Of a stretch of 64,000 nucleotides of DNA, positions 1-8,514 are shown piece after piece. The first letter of the stretch is position 1. Each line of letters opens with the position of its first letter. The stretch is from NCBI GenBank assembly GCA_964637295.1, contig CAZWWE010000001.1, positions 188,312 through 252,311 of the forward strand, in the 5' to 3' direction. The stretch is from an uncultured Pseudomonadales bacterium. Lineage in GTDB: Bacteria; Patescibacteriota; Microgenomatia; UBA1400; PJMF01. The notes below the pieces were generated by a model. It was not told the DNA's origin. It did not search any database and saw only the letters and a program-made list of their open reading frames with translations. The position numbers and the translations under genes are program-made.

Positions 1-3000
1 AATATATTTTTGGTCGACTAATTGACGCTTAGCTTGAACCAATTCTGCTTGCAAGGCTTTTTGCACATCTGGAGAAATGTTTTGTGCTTGCAATTTATTT
101 TGTAGCGAGTCGATTTGTCTACTTAAATCCAAAGCACTGCGATAAGCTTGTCGACTAGCCTTTGGTCTTAAAAGATCTGCTGCTTTCTGCCATAAAGAAC
201 GATTTTGATTAGAAAGATTGTCGGTAATTTTTTCCAAAGAGGCAATTTCCGTATCTAAGGCTGTCAAACGAGTCTGATTGTTTGGATCAACTGCACCATC
301 GTCATTGACGAGAGTTTGTTTTTCTTGTCTCAAGGCAGATAGCTTGCTTAAGCTGCTTTCTAAAATAGCCAAAGATGATAAGTTTTCTTCTGGGCTACTG
401 AACAAGCGAGAAGTTTGCTCGTTCTGAATGAGAGCAGTCATTTGTTCTTGAACCGTTTTTTCATTTGGAGCAAAACTCTCAACAAGAGCTTGTTTTTGAC
501 TGTCTATGGCCAAGAGATCATTTAATTTGCTCAAAGCTTGGTTGGCTTCAACCTGTGTCACCAAAGAGGCATTTAATTTTTGCAGTGATTCAATTTCATT
601 CAAGAGATTTGCTGACGTCTTCAGTTTTTGCACCAACTCTTGCCTTTGATTCTGGAGGCGACTAAGCTCAGTGTCAGATAAAAAAACACCTCTGTTCGTC
701 ACTTCCGCATCGATAGAGTCAATCTGTGCTCGCAGAGTGCCAATCTGCTTGATGTGATAATCAATCTCTGTTGCTTTACTGTTGAAGTAACTAGCTGATT
801 TTTTGTTGTTGGCGCTTGCTTCTTGTGCCAAAGCTCTAATTTCACCAACGATACTTCTCCCACGCGCCGCATATTCAGCTGGATCAACACTGGCGTCAGC
901 CAACTTATTTTGGATTTGCGCCTTCGGATCTAGCTTGACTATCTGCTCTTGCAAAGCTTGGCGTTGCGCAGTGAGTTCTTCCAAATGTCTTTGCTTAAAT
1001 AAATAAGATCTTGCTTTTGAGGCAGCCTTGTCACTTAAACCATTCAAGACAGCCAGTTGCCCATCTACTGCATCAATTTGTTTTTGCAGATCAGCAACTT
1101 GAAGGGCAGTTTTTTCAGCTGCCACAGTGGTTTTGTGAGCTTGATAATTTTTATAACTGCTGCTAATTTGCGCCACATTTTGACCAGCACTCAAAGCCAA
1201 GCCAATCCAGGCATTGACGCAATCTTGTTCAGAAAAAGCACCGCTGCTGCCATAACAGGCCTGCGCCACTTGTCGCACATCAACCGCTGCTCCAGCCGGT
1301 ACGTTCATGGCATCTAAAACAAAATCGATTTTATTGGTCAAAACAGTTGGCCCAAATAAACCAAAGCTATTACCGGCCACTCCAGAAGCAGCCACAAAAG
1401 CCCCTAAAGTACTAAATGCTCCTTCTTTAAAAGCAGCGTCACCAAACTTCTTGCTCGAAGCAAAAGCATTGTAAGCAGCTAAACCAGAATTAACTGTGTT
1501 ATAAGAATTTAAGCCAATGCCTCCTAATTGGCCAGTGCGCGTAAGCAATTGACCAGAATTAGCAAGTAAATTGGCAGTAGTAGCAGTCGTAGCTTTACCC
1601 GCCAAACTCGTCAACAAACCGCCGCCGCTAGTCAAAGCCGCCACCGCAGAGTTGGCCAGCATCAAGTTGCCTTGTTTATTAAGCGTATCAACTTGTAATT
1701 TTAAATCTGCTTCTAATTGCTTAATTTCTTCTGGGGCGGCACCGCTTTCTTGATAAGATTGCAAAATCGCATTTCTTCTCGAATCAATGTCAATTCTTTG
1801 CATTTCTAAAGCCTGAGCCTTCATGCCCGCCCCTTGATAGAGAGAAAAGGCGGAAGAAGCAAGGCCTAGGCCAACTGCTGGAGCGGCGCCAGCCAAAGTC
1901 AACAAAGGTAAAGTAGCAATCGCCACTGAAGGTGCTACTACTTTAGCTAATTTTTCATAATTTAATTCCTTGCTCGAACGTTGCACTTCACTGTCATTAT
2001 TAAAACTTGCGAAATCCTGAAATTTGATTTGATTTTCCGGCGTGGTCGCGATGTATCGATCATATAATTTTTGTGTGATTACATCTTGTTGAGTTACTTG
2101 ATAATCTTCAGTGACTTTTTGAGCTTCTGCCACTGGATCAAGGACTGCTAAATTTAAATTGGCCGATAAATCCGCATTGCGGAGCAATTGATTATTCATG
2201 TTGACGGTCGCTAAATAAGTACCAGCATAAACAGCGGCTTCTTTTACTGATTCAACTGCATTTTGGAAATCTTTGGCAGCATAATAACCAGGCTGAGCTG
2301 CCTGATAGTTATAATCCAGTAGTTTTTGACCCTGCGCATCTTTTGCGTGACTGGCTCCAAGCAAAGCAACGTTAGCAATGCTGGTATCAGCAGGCCCAGT
2401 GTAATTGTAATATTTACTTGTGGCGTAATTAGTAGCGATGTTTTGTGCCACGTCTACGTTAGCTAGTTGCGTACTCAACTGATTGAAGGTTAAGTTGATA
2501 GCCTGACCACTATTTAAACCCAAGTCTGCGATTGTAAATTCTCGATTAAATAAATCATCGTTCATCAAAGCATTGCCATAAGATAAGCCCCAAGTGTAAT
2601 TGGAAATAGCTGAACGATTGGCTGTGGCGTAAGAGAAAGCTTGCGAAGCATTAAAAATTTGACTGGCAGCCACAGCAGTCTGATATTCTTGCATTTTGGC
2701 AGTTTGATTGTCCACGGTCGCATCAAAGCTTTTGCTGACTGCCGAATTTGGTCCAGACAAGGCCAGGGCAAGACCATAGTTACTAGCTTGGGCGGTACCA
2801 AAATTTGCCAAAGCACTATCAAGGAGACTAGCGGTTTTATTTTTCTGACTGCTTTTCAGAATTTGATCTGAATACTGCAAGGCCATGTCGGGAATGTTGA
2901 CCCCTTGTCCCGCGTACATTTTGTCGAGCATTAAAGCCAAAGTGGTGGTTGCTTGCTTTGTATCGTTAAAATTTTCCCTTTGACAATCAGTGATTTGTAA

Positions 3001-4887
3001 ATCTTGGCACAACTTCGTCAATTCTTGACCAGCATCTTGGGAAAAATTGGCAATAGCCTGATCGAGACGTTTAGGAATTTCTACTTTTTGTCGATAAAAT
3101 TCTTCACCATATTGACCATAAATATTTTTCAGCAAAGCCCGCTCGTCACTTAAAATATTGGCCGAAGCAAGATCGGAGGATTGTTTATTTTGTACATAAT
3201 AATTATTTAAATAAGTGACGTCCTTAGTTTGTTCATAAAAAGTTAGGGCCAATTGTGGATTATATTTAGCAATTTCTTTTTGCAACTCAACACTAGTCAT
3301 GCGATAAGCTGGCTGCCTTTTTACATAAAATTGATAAAGTTTCTCTAAATCCGCTTTATCTTCTTTGCCATCACCAAATTGTTGCACCAATTGTTGCTCT
3401 TGGATCACAGTACTTCTCTGTGTTAACAAAGCCTCAGCAGCCTTTTGGGCTTCGGCCGGAGTGGTGTCGGGCATTTGCGCCAAAATTAAAGCAAGTAAGT
3501 CTTTGGCTACCAAGCGCTTGGCATCTTCGGTTTCGATCAGACCCGCATCTATCGCTGCTTTTCTGAGCTTATTGAGATCAGTGCTTGCACCAGAGGCATA
3601 GTCTTGATAAGCCTTATTTAAAGTGGCGATTTTGCTTGCTGCGGCTTGATCAATTTCTGATTGAGTCGCTTTTCGCTCACCTGAGCTTGCTTGGTCTTGC
3701 GTCGCTTGCTGCTGTGCAGTCTGTTTTTGTGCCGCGCTTTGCGCTAAAAATTGTTGACGGTCTTGCTTGAACTTATTGGCATCAATACCAAAAGCTCCCA
3801 AAATTCCATCTAAATTATTATATTTTAAGCTTGGATCATAACCAAAAATTTCTTTGAATTTATTACTCGCCACTTGTTCTAGGTTGGCATTTTCTGCTGC
3901 TCCAATTAAATTGCCATACATTTGAGAAATGGCTGTATTCACAGTAATTTTTGAAGCTGCGGCACTATTCAGCTGGTCTAAAACTTGATAATGAGCGGCT
4001 AAATCGGGATAATCAATAATTCTTTGATTAAAATCAAAAACAGCTTGTTCTTCTTGATTAAGTGCTTCACTTTGTGCCTTAGTCTGCAAAGCTTGATTTT
4101 CAAGCTCTGCTTTTTTTTGCAAAACTTCTGGACTGGTCAAGGCTGTTAATAAAGCTTGTGCTTTGAGTAATTTGGCATTGGCTGCTTGCGCATTGTATAA
4201 ATCACCAACTTTGAAATCTATTCCGTAAGTTGCTTTGTACAGTTTTTCTAAATCGGCAAGCTCACCGTTATTTTGATATTTTTCAACAGCCTGCTGCCAA
4301 TCGTCATATTTGACTTCAATTTTTTTAAGATGTGGATAACAATAATCGCCCTTACTATTATCACAATTACTACTACGATTGGGCATCACCAAGTAACCAT
4401 TGACCACTGAACCGAAGGCATAGCAATTATTGCCAATTCGAAAACTTTTGCCCCCACAGTTTTCGCCTAGTTTTTCTACACTGCCAGTTTGATTTTTGAT
4501 TGTTTCACTACCAAAGCTCAAGCTTTCATAGGTTTTTTTGGTTTCTAAATATGGATAATTATAACGACCAGAATTAACCACAATATAACCACCAGCCAAT
4601 TCATCACCAGGCATATAACAAAAATTATTCATCCAAACACCATTACAGGCACTTTGAGTCTGTGGTCTTTGTCCGGTGTATGAAGTTTGGAGAATTCCCT
4701 TTTTACTAACTGTGCTGGGACTGGGATTTGCAGGGTCGCAATAAGGCTGACCAGGTTGACAACCACTAGCTTGCTGCCGAATGTCTTGCTGGTTTTTCAA
4801 TAATATAAAACCTGTAGCCAATCCTCCTAGCAAAAAAAGCAAAATCAGGGCAGAAATAAAATAGTATTTTTTCTTGTACGACAACAT
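1..4887 (-). CDS. Giant secreted/membrane-anchored coiled-coil surface protein, at least 1629 aa. The N-terminus lies at 4887 and the C-terminus runs past the left edge of the window.
   Basis: I translated the minus strand by eye from the ATG at 4885-4887 and it stays open to position 1 (MLSYKKKYYFISALILLFLLGG...). A stop sits 3 codons upstream of that ATG. The supplied ORF track misses it because the ORF is truncated by the window. It has an N-terminal signal anchor and a Cys-rich module CNGVWMNNFCY. Long Q/A/L-rich coiled-coil stretches follow, with Gly/Ala-rich hydrophobic segments in the middle. Confidence 0.75.
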   Translation of the reverse strand, partial: MLSYKKKYYFISALILLFLLGGLATGFILLKNQQDIRQQASGCQPGQPYCDPANPSPSTVSKKGILQTSYTGQRPQTQSACNGVWMNNFCYMPGDELAGGYIVVNSGRYNYPYLETKKTYESLSFGSETIKNQTGSVEKLGENCGGKSFRIGNNCYAFGSVVNGYLVMPNRSSNCDNSKGDYCYPHLKKIEVKYDDWQQAVEKYQNNGELADLEKLYKATYGIDFKVGDLYNAQAANAKLLKAQALLTALTSPEVLQKKAELENQALQTKAQSEALNQEEQAVFDFNQRIIDYPDLAAHYQVLDQLNSAAASKITVNTAISQMYGNLIGAAENANLEQVASNKFKEIFGYDPSLKYNNLDGILGAFGIDANKFKQDRQQFLAQSAAQKQTAQQQATQDQASSGERKATQSEIDQAAASKIATLNKAYQDYASGASTDLNKLRKAAIDAGLIETEDAKRLVAKDLLALILAQMPDTTPAEAQKAAEALLTQRSTVIQEQQLVQQFGDGKEDKADLEKLYQFYVKRQPAYRMTSVELQKEIAKYNPQLALTFYEQTKDVTYLNNYYVQNKQSSDLASANILSDERALLKNIYGQYGEEFYRQKVEIPKRLDQAIANFSQDAGQELTKLCQDLQITDCQRENFNDTKQATTTLALMLDKMYAGQGVNIPDMALQYSDQILKSSQKNKTASLLDSALANFGTAQASNYGLALALSGPNSAVSKSFDATVDNQTAKMQEYQTAVAASQIFNASQAFSYATANRSAISNYTWGLSYGNALMNDDLFNREFTIADLGLNSGQAINLTFNQLSTQLANVDVAQNIATNYATSKYYNYTGPADTSIANVALLGASHAKDAQGQKLLDYNYQAAQPGYYAAKDFQNAVESVKEAAVYAGTYLATVNMNNQLLRNADLSANLNLAVLDPVAEAQKVTEDYQVTQQDVITQKLYDRYIATTPENQIKFQDFASFNNDSEVQRSSKELNYEKLAKVVAPSVAIATLPLLTLAGAAPAVGLGLASSAFSLYQGAGMKAQALEMQRIDIDSRRNAILQSYQESGAAPEEIKQLEADLKLQVDTLNKQGNLMLANSAVAALTSGGGLLTSLAGKATTATTANLLANSGQLLTRTGQLGGIGLNSYNTVNSGLAAYNAFASSKKFGDAAFKEGAFSTLGAFVAASGVAGNSFGLFGPTVLTNKIDFVLDAMNVPAGAAVDVRQVAQACYGSSGAFSEQDCVNAWIGLALSAGQNVAQISSSYKNYQAHKTTVAAEKTALQVADLQKQIDAVDGQLAVLNGLSDKAASKARSYLFKQRHLEELTAQRQALQEQIVKLDPKAQIQNKLADASVDPAEYAARGRSIVGEIRALAQEASANNKKSASYFNSKATEIDYHIKQIGTLRAQIDSIDAEVTNRGVFLSDTELSRLQNQRQELVQKLKTSANLLNEIESLQKLNASLVTQVEANQALSKLNDLLAIDSQKQALVESFAPNEKTVQEQMTALIQNEQTSRLFSSPEENLSSLAILESSLSKLSALRQEKQTLVNDDGAVDPNNQTRLTALDTEIASLEKITDNLSNQNRSLWQKAADLLRPKASRQAYRSALDLSRQIDSLQNKLQAQNISPDVQKALQAELVQAKRQLVDQKYI

Positions 4888-4907
4888 GCCACTTCAATCA
4901 ATATATT

Positions 4908-6719
4908 CTACAAAGGTTTTTTTGAAGCCATATTTTTGGCCAAAAAATAACTCCATAAGCCCGCCATCATAAAAAAGCTGCCCATTAAAATTAAGCTAAA
5001 AGTCGTGCCCACAGAACCAGCGCTGTATTGACCAGCACTGGTAGAAACAATGCTAGAGCCACTAGTTATCGTTGGCGTTGTTGTTGCGATGGGCATCACT
5101 GATGGAGTTGCAGTCAAAGTTGGAACATAAGGATTGCCAGAACCATAGGGTATACTAGCAGTCGGCACTGGCGTCGTTGTAGGTGAGGTTGTCTGAGCTA
5201 ATTGTCTTGGAGTGGCGCTCGGATCAACCGTAAAACTATAAGTTTTAGTCACTTCTTTACCAGTTACTGGATCAATATAAGTATAAGAGGCAGTGTGCTC
5301 TCCTGGTTCCAAATTTTTACCCAGATTGGCTACATCTAAAACAAGATTGCCGTCGGCGTCTGTTTGCATGGTTTCGTCAATTTGAGTATCGGAATGAATC
5401 ACAATTCTTACCATGGTGTTGGCTGGCAGAGTCGCTTTAATTTGTGGCTGGGTGGTGGTTAATACGGCTGGCGCTGAGGCTTGTTGCTGATCCAAGGTGT
5501 TAAGATCTAGCACTTCTGGCTTAAAAGTACTGCTATCTGCAGATGATAAATCACCCAATAAACCTTGTAGTGCACTATCTTGACCACTGGCACTGGCTTG
5601 GGCACTGGCTGCTGAAGTGGCGTTATTTTGCAAAGCCAATGCGGCTGCAGATGAATCAGATGAATCGCTGGCGGTTATCGTCTCTGCTAATAACTCCTCT
5701 TTGTTCAAATCTTCTAGTTCAGCACTGGCACTAGCATCAGTTGAAGCTAAATCAGCGTTTTGTCCCAAAATTAAATCTGCCACTGGTTGAGCGCTAGCAA
5801 TCGTCGTCTTGACACTACTTAATAAATTTGGCTCAATGCCTTGCACTTTAATTTCTAGCTGACTTTCGTCACTTAATTGAGCATAAGTGCTTTTGTCCAA
5901 ACTGAAAGCATTAGCTAAGGAGATGCCAAAACTGCCTGAAGCTTTAACTAAACTAGATAAAGTACCTAGTTGATCACCATAAACGTAAACAATCGCGCCT
6001 TCTGCCGGCTTACCATCAGCAAGCATCACATTACCATAAACGGTTTGATTGTTGGGTGGCGATTGGCTTTGCTTGGCGATCGTAGTAATTTTGTAAGCTT
6101 GGCCGTCATTATCAAAAGTACTAGAACCAGTGCCTAAGACATAATAATAATCTTTACCTGGCTCTAAACCGCGCACCGTCACGTGGTGCAGACGATAATC
6201 TTTAACTACGCCTGATAGCTGATCACGATCATCGCTGGCTTGCTTATTCAGTGTTTTTGCCTCTTCGCCATATTTGATAAAAGCTACTGTGCTTTCATCT
6301 GTATAAAAAGAAACTGTAAACGATTTGTCAGTCAAATTACTAAGGCGAATATTTTTAGGCGTAGTTTGTGGAGTTGCTCTGGGCGCAAAAACGCCAGTGC
6401 CTTGACCAAATAATAGAACACCAGAAATTAACGCGACAAATAAAATTAACAAGCCAAGAATGGTAGGAATTTGCTTTTTACCCGCCAATTTTGCAGATTT
6501 TTTCAATTTAACTTGGGTCGGATTTTCACTGAAATCTACAGCATCCATTTTGGGTGCCTCGCTAACAGTTGAAGAGGCAATGGGCTGCACAACTTGAGTA
6601 GCTGAGGCAGGCCTTGAGTCAGCATTGAGCGTCGACTTGTCCTCTTGAAGGATTTTTTGATCTAGCTTTAAATCAAGCACTTCTTGGTCAGTAGTAGAAT
6701 GATTAAGTTTTACCTGCAT
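4908..6719 (-). CDS. Surface protein carrying a purple-acid-phosphatase-N-like FN3 domain, a CarboxypepD_reg-like domain and an Ig-like domain. It has both an N-terminal TM and a C-terminal hydrophobic anchor.
   Basis: 603-aa ORF. The motifs RLHHVTVRGLEPGKDYYYVLG (FN3 / PAP-N-like) and YGNVMLADGKPAEGAIVYVYG (carboxypeptidase regulatory-like) are present. A TM lies near residue 90, and the C-terminus (LILMGSFFMMAGLWSYFLAKNMASKKPL) is hydrophobic with a basic tail. The gene ends 21 bp upstream of the giant gene. Confidence 0.6.
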   Translation of the reverse strand: MQVKLNHSTTDQEVLDLKLDQKILQEDKSTLNADSRPASATQVVQPIASSTVSEAPKMDAVDFSENPTQVKLKKSAKLAGKKQIPTILGLLILFVALISGVLLFGQGTGVFAPRATPQTTPKNIRLSNLTDKSFTVSFYTDESTVAFIKYGEEAKTLNKQASDDRDQLSGVVKDYRLHHVTVRGLEPGKDYYYVLGTGSSTFDNDGQAYKITTIAKQSQSPPNNQTVYGNVMLADGKPAEGAIVYVYGDQLGTLSSLVKASGSFGISLANAFSLDKSTYAQLSDESQLEIKVQGIEPNLLSSVKTTIASAQPVADLILGQNADLASTDASASAELEDLNKEELLAETITASDSSDSSAAALALQNNATSAASAQASASGQDSALQGLLGDLSSADSSTFKPEVLDLNTLDQQQASAPAVLTTTQPQIKATLPANTMVRIVIHSDTQIDETMQTDADGNLVLDVANLGKNLEPGEHTASYTYIDPVTGKEVTKTYSFTVDPSATPRQLAQTTSPTTTPVPTASIPYGSGNPYVPTLTATPSVMPIATTTPTITSGSSIVSTSAGQYSAGSVGTTFSLILMGSFFMMAGLWSYFLAKNMASKKPL

Positions 6720-6799
6720 AAAAATAAAAATGGCTCATATTAAATTTACATGATTAGCCAAGCAACAACAAGTATCAGACTAAGCTTTTTTGCATTTTC

Positions 6800-7279
6800 T
6801 TAGGGCATTTCGGACATAGTACTCGTACTACTTGCTTGATTATTGGTTTCATCACCTAATTCTTCAGTTATTGTGTCGCTTGTTACTTCAACCGCTGCCT
6901 CAGCTGTTGCCTCAGGGTTTGTTTCCACACTTGTTGTTTTTTCAGCCTCCTCCATTTCTTCTGGTTTTGTTATGTCAACTAAAATGCTTTCTTTAGTCAT
7001 TTCGTCTTGATCAAAAACAAAAATGGAAAAATCATTTAGTTCTTCTTGCGTAAAAGCTCGCTGTTGACTAATCTCTTCAAAAACTTTTGATTCTAATCTT
7101 GGCACAAAAGACTTAGCCAACTCTCTCAATTCAGGAGAGATGGAGCTAGTCTTACTAGTCGCAAAAATACTGACTAAAATCCATAAAATAATCAAAACCA
7201 AAAACAGCACTCCCAACCACAAGAGTTTTTTATTACGGCGAAGTTTACTTAGTTGACGCTGTAAGTCATTGTTTTTCAT
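6800..7279 (-). CDS. Single-pass membrane protein with an acidic C-terminus, hypothetical. It may be a component of the pilus or surface-assembly operon.
   Basis: 159-aa ORF with a basic N-terminus, one TM (LLWLGVLFLVLIILWILVSIF) and an acidic tail. Its start overlaps the upstream PilO-like gene by 4 nt. Confidence 0.5.
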   Translation of the reverse strand: MKNNDLQRQLSKLRRNKKLLWLGVLFLVLIILWILVSIFATSKTSSISPELRELAKSFVPRLESKVFEEISQQRAFTQEELNDFSIFVFDQDEMTKESILVDITKPEEMEEAEKTTSVETNPEATAEAAVEVTSDTITEELGDETNNQASSTSTMSEMP

Positions 7280-7902
7280 TTTTTTTCAGTTACTTGACTA
7301 TCATAATAAGGCAAATTAATGCGTATGACCGCTCCTAAATCTTTTTGATTGCGATTATTGGCCAAACTGAAATTAATTTGATCCACCAAAATCATTCTTC
7401 TAGAATTCATCAAGTCCTCAATAAATTGTCTAATCTGTAAATAATCACCAATTACACTCACGTTGAAAGTCAATATTTGACGCGTAGCCTGTGAAGCGCT
7501 AGCGGCAACTAATTCTTCTGGAACGGCCGAAATAGTTATCCCTTTAATCACCAGTTGATTATTTCCGGCAATTTTTTCCACAATCTTCAAACCAGTCATT
7601 AAGCTGGCGGTTTTAGGCATGGCCTCATCTAATAAATAAAACTGAGAACTGAATTGCTGGTATTGAGCTTGAGCAGTGTTGAGACTGGCAATTTTTTGCG
7701 CTAGCTGTTCATCTAATGCTCTTTTATCTTCAATTTCTTTGACCAAAAGAGACATGGTTTGCAAAGTCGGCTTAACTGCAAAAACGGCAAAAAAGACTAC
7801 GGCTAAAATAGAAAAAATCAGCTCTAGAGAAACCATTGCCACAGGATTTTTATAAAAATCTAGCAAAGCTTGCTGTAGCTGTTCTTGTTTACTTTTTGCC
7901 AT
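7276..7902 (-). CDS. pilO: PilO-like type IV pilus assembly protein
   Basis: 208 aa with one N-terminal TM followed by coiled-coil and alpha/beta periplasmic regions. It sits immediately downstream of the PilN-like gene with a 14-nt overlap, matching the usual pilN-pilO order. Confidence 0.5.
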   Translation of the reverse strand: MAKSKQEQLQQALLDFYKNPVAMVSLELIFSILAVVFFAVFAVKPTLQTMSLLVKEIEDKRALDEQLAQKIASLNTAQAQYQQFSSQFYLLDEAMPKTASLMTGLKIVEKIAGNNQLVIKGITISAVPEELVAASASQATRQILTFNVSVIGDYLQIRQFIEDLMNSRRMILVDQINFSLANNRNQKDLGAVIRINLPYYDSQVTEKK

Positions 7903-8461
7903 TGAATGCTACTTTCGCTCGCATGTCAAAATTAAAGCCCGGCGCTCTTTCGCCCCGAGATTCAATTTTATTAATACTAACCTCAGTAAAACGAGGATTT
8001 AATTGTAAATTATTGACTAAAACATTGAGAGCCTCCTGTGATAAAGCAGAACCAGTAAAACTAATTGCGTCTGGTTTAATTAACAAAGTTTCAAAAACCA
8101 CTTGATTGGGAATGTTTTCATTTAAAATTGGAAAAATCTCAGCCAAGTTTGCTTCTTGTTTGAATTGTTGATAATCTTCAATTTGTTTTTGCACAAAACG
8201 AAATCTTGTTTCTAAATCAGCATAAGACGCGATGACTCGTTCTTTTTGATTAATCGAAGAATTTAAATCAGTGACCATACGATCTAGGGTAAAGCGCGAA
8301 GCAAAACTCAAAATCACAATTAATTCTGTAAAAATCACAATATAGCGACCAATTGACAAGGCCCACTTCAAAAATCGCCCAAAAGTCGTTTCAAAAAATG
8401 GGTCTTGAGGAACAAGATTGACAGTAATATCCAATTTGCGATTGGCAGGCTTTTTTGGCAT
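7889..8461 (-). CDS. pilN: PilN-like type IV pilus assembly protein
   Basis: 190 aa. The short N-terminal cytoplasmic segment carries ITVNLVP, an INLLP-like PilM-binding motif. One TM (YIVIFTELIVILSFA) and a periplasmic coiled coil follow. Confidence 0.55.
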   Translation of the reverse strand: MPKKPANRKLDITVNLVPQDPFFETTFGRFLKWALSIGRYIVIFTELIVILSFASRFTLDRMVTDLNSSINQKERVIASYADLETRFRFVQKQIEDYQQFKQEANLAEIFPILNENIPNQVVFETLLIKPDAISFTGSALSQEALNVLVNNLQLNPRFTEVSINKIESRGERAPGFNFDMRAKVAFNGKK

Positions 8462-8514
8462 TCTCTATGTCAAGTTTCTCATATATTGAACGCTTTTTGA
8501 AGGCTGAGATCAAT

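Noticed and set aside
1-4887. Giant coiled-coil protein as a prophage tape-measure protein.
   Set aside because: It shares the tape-measure pattern of coiled coil with Gly-rich hydrophobic segments. However, it has an N-terminal signal anchor and the lineage-specific surface module. No phage structural, terminase or integrase genes flank it. A cellular surface protein is more parsimonious.
1-4900. The supplied ORF track shows no long ORF in the first 4.9 kb. This raised the question of a non-coding region or an alternative genetic code (for example UGA read as Gly).
   Set aside because: Manual translation shows one uninterrupted minus-strand ORF from the ATG at 4887 to position 1. The track omits it only because it is truncated by the window edge. 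Other genes end with TAG, TAA or TGA in the standard way (lepA TAG, pgk TAG), so no recoding is needed.
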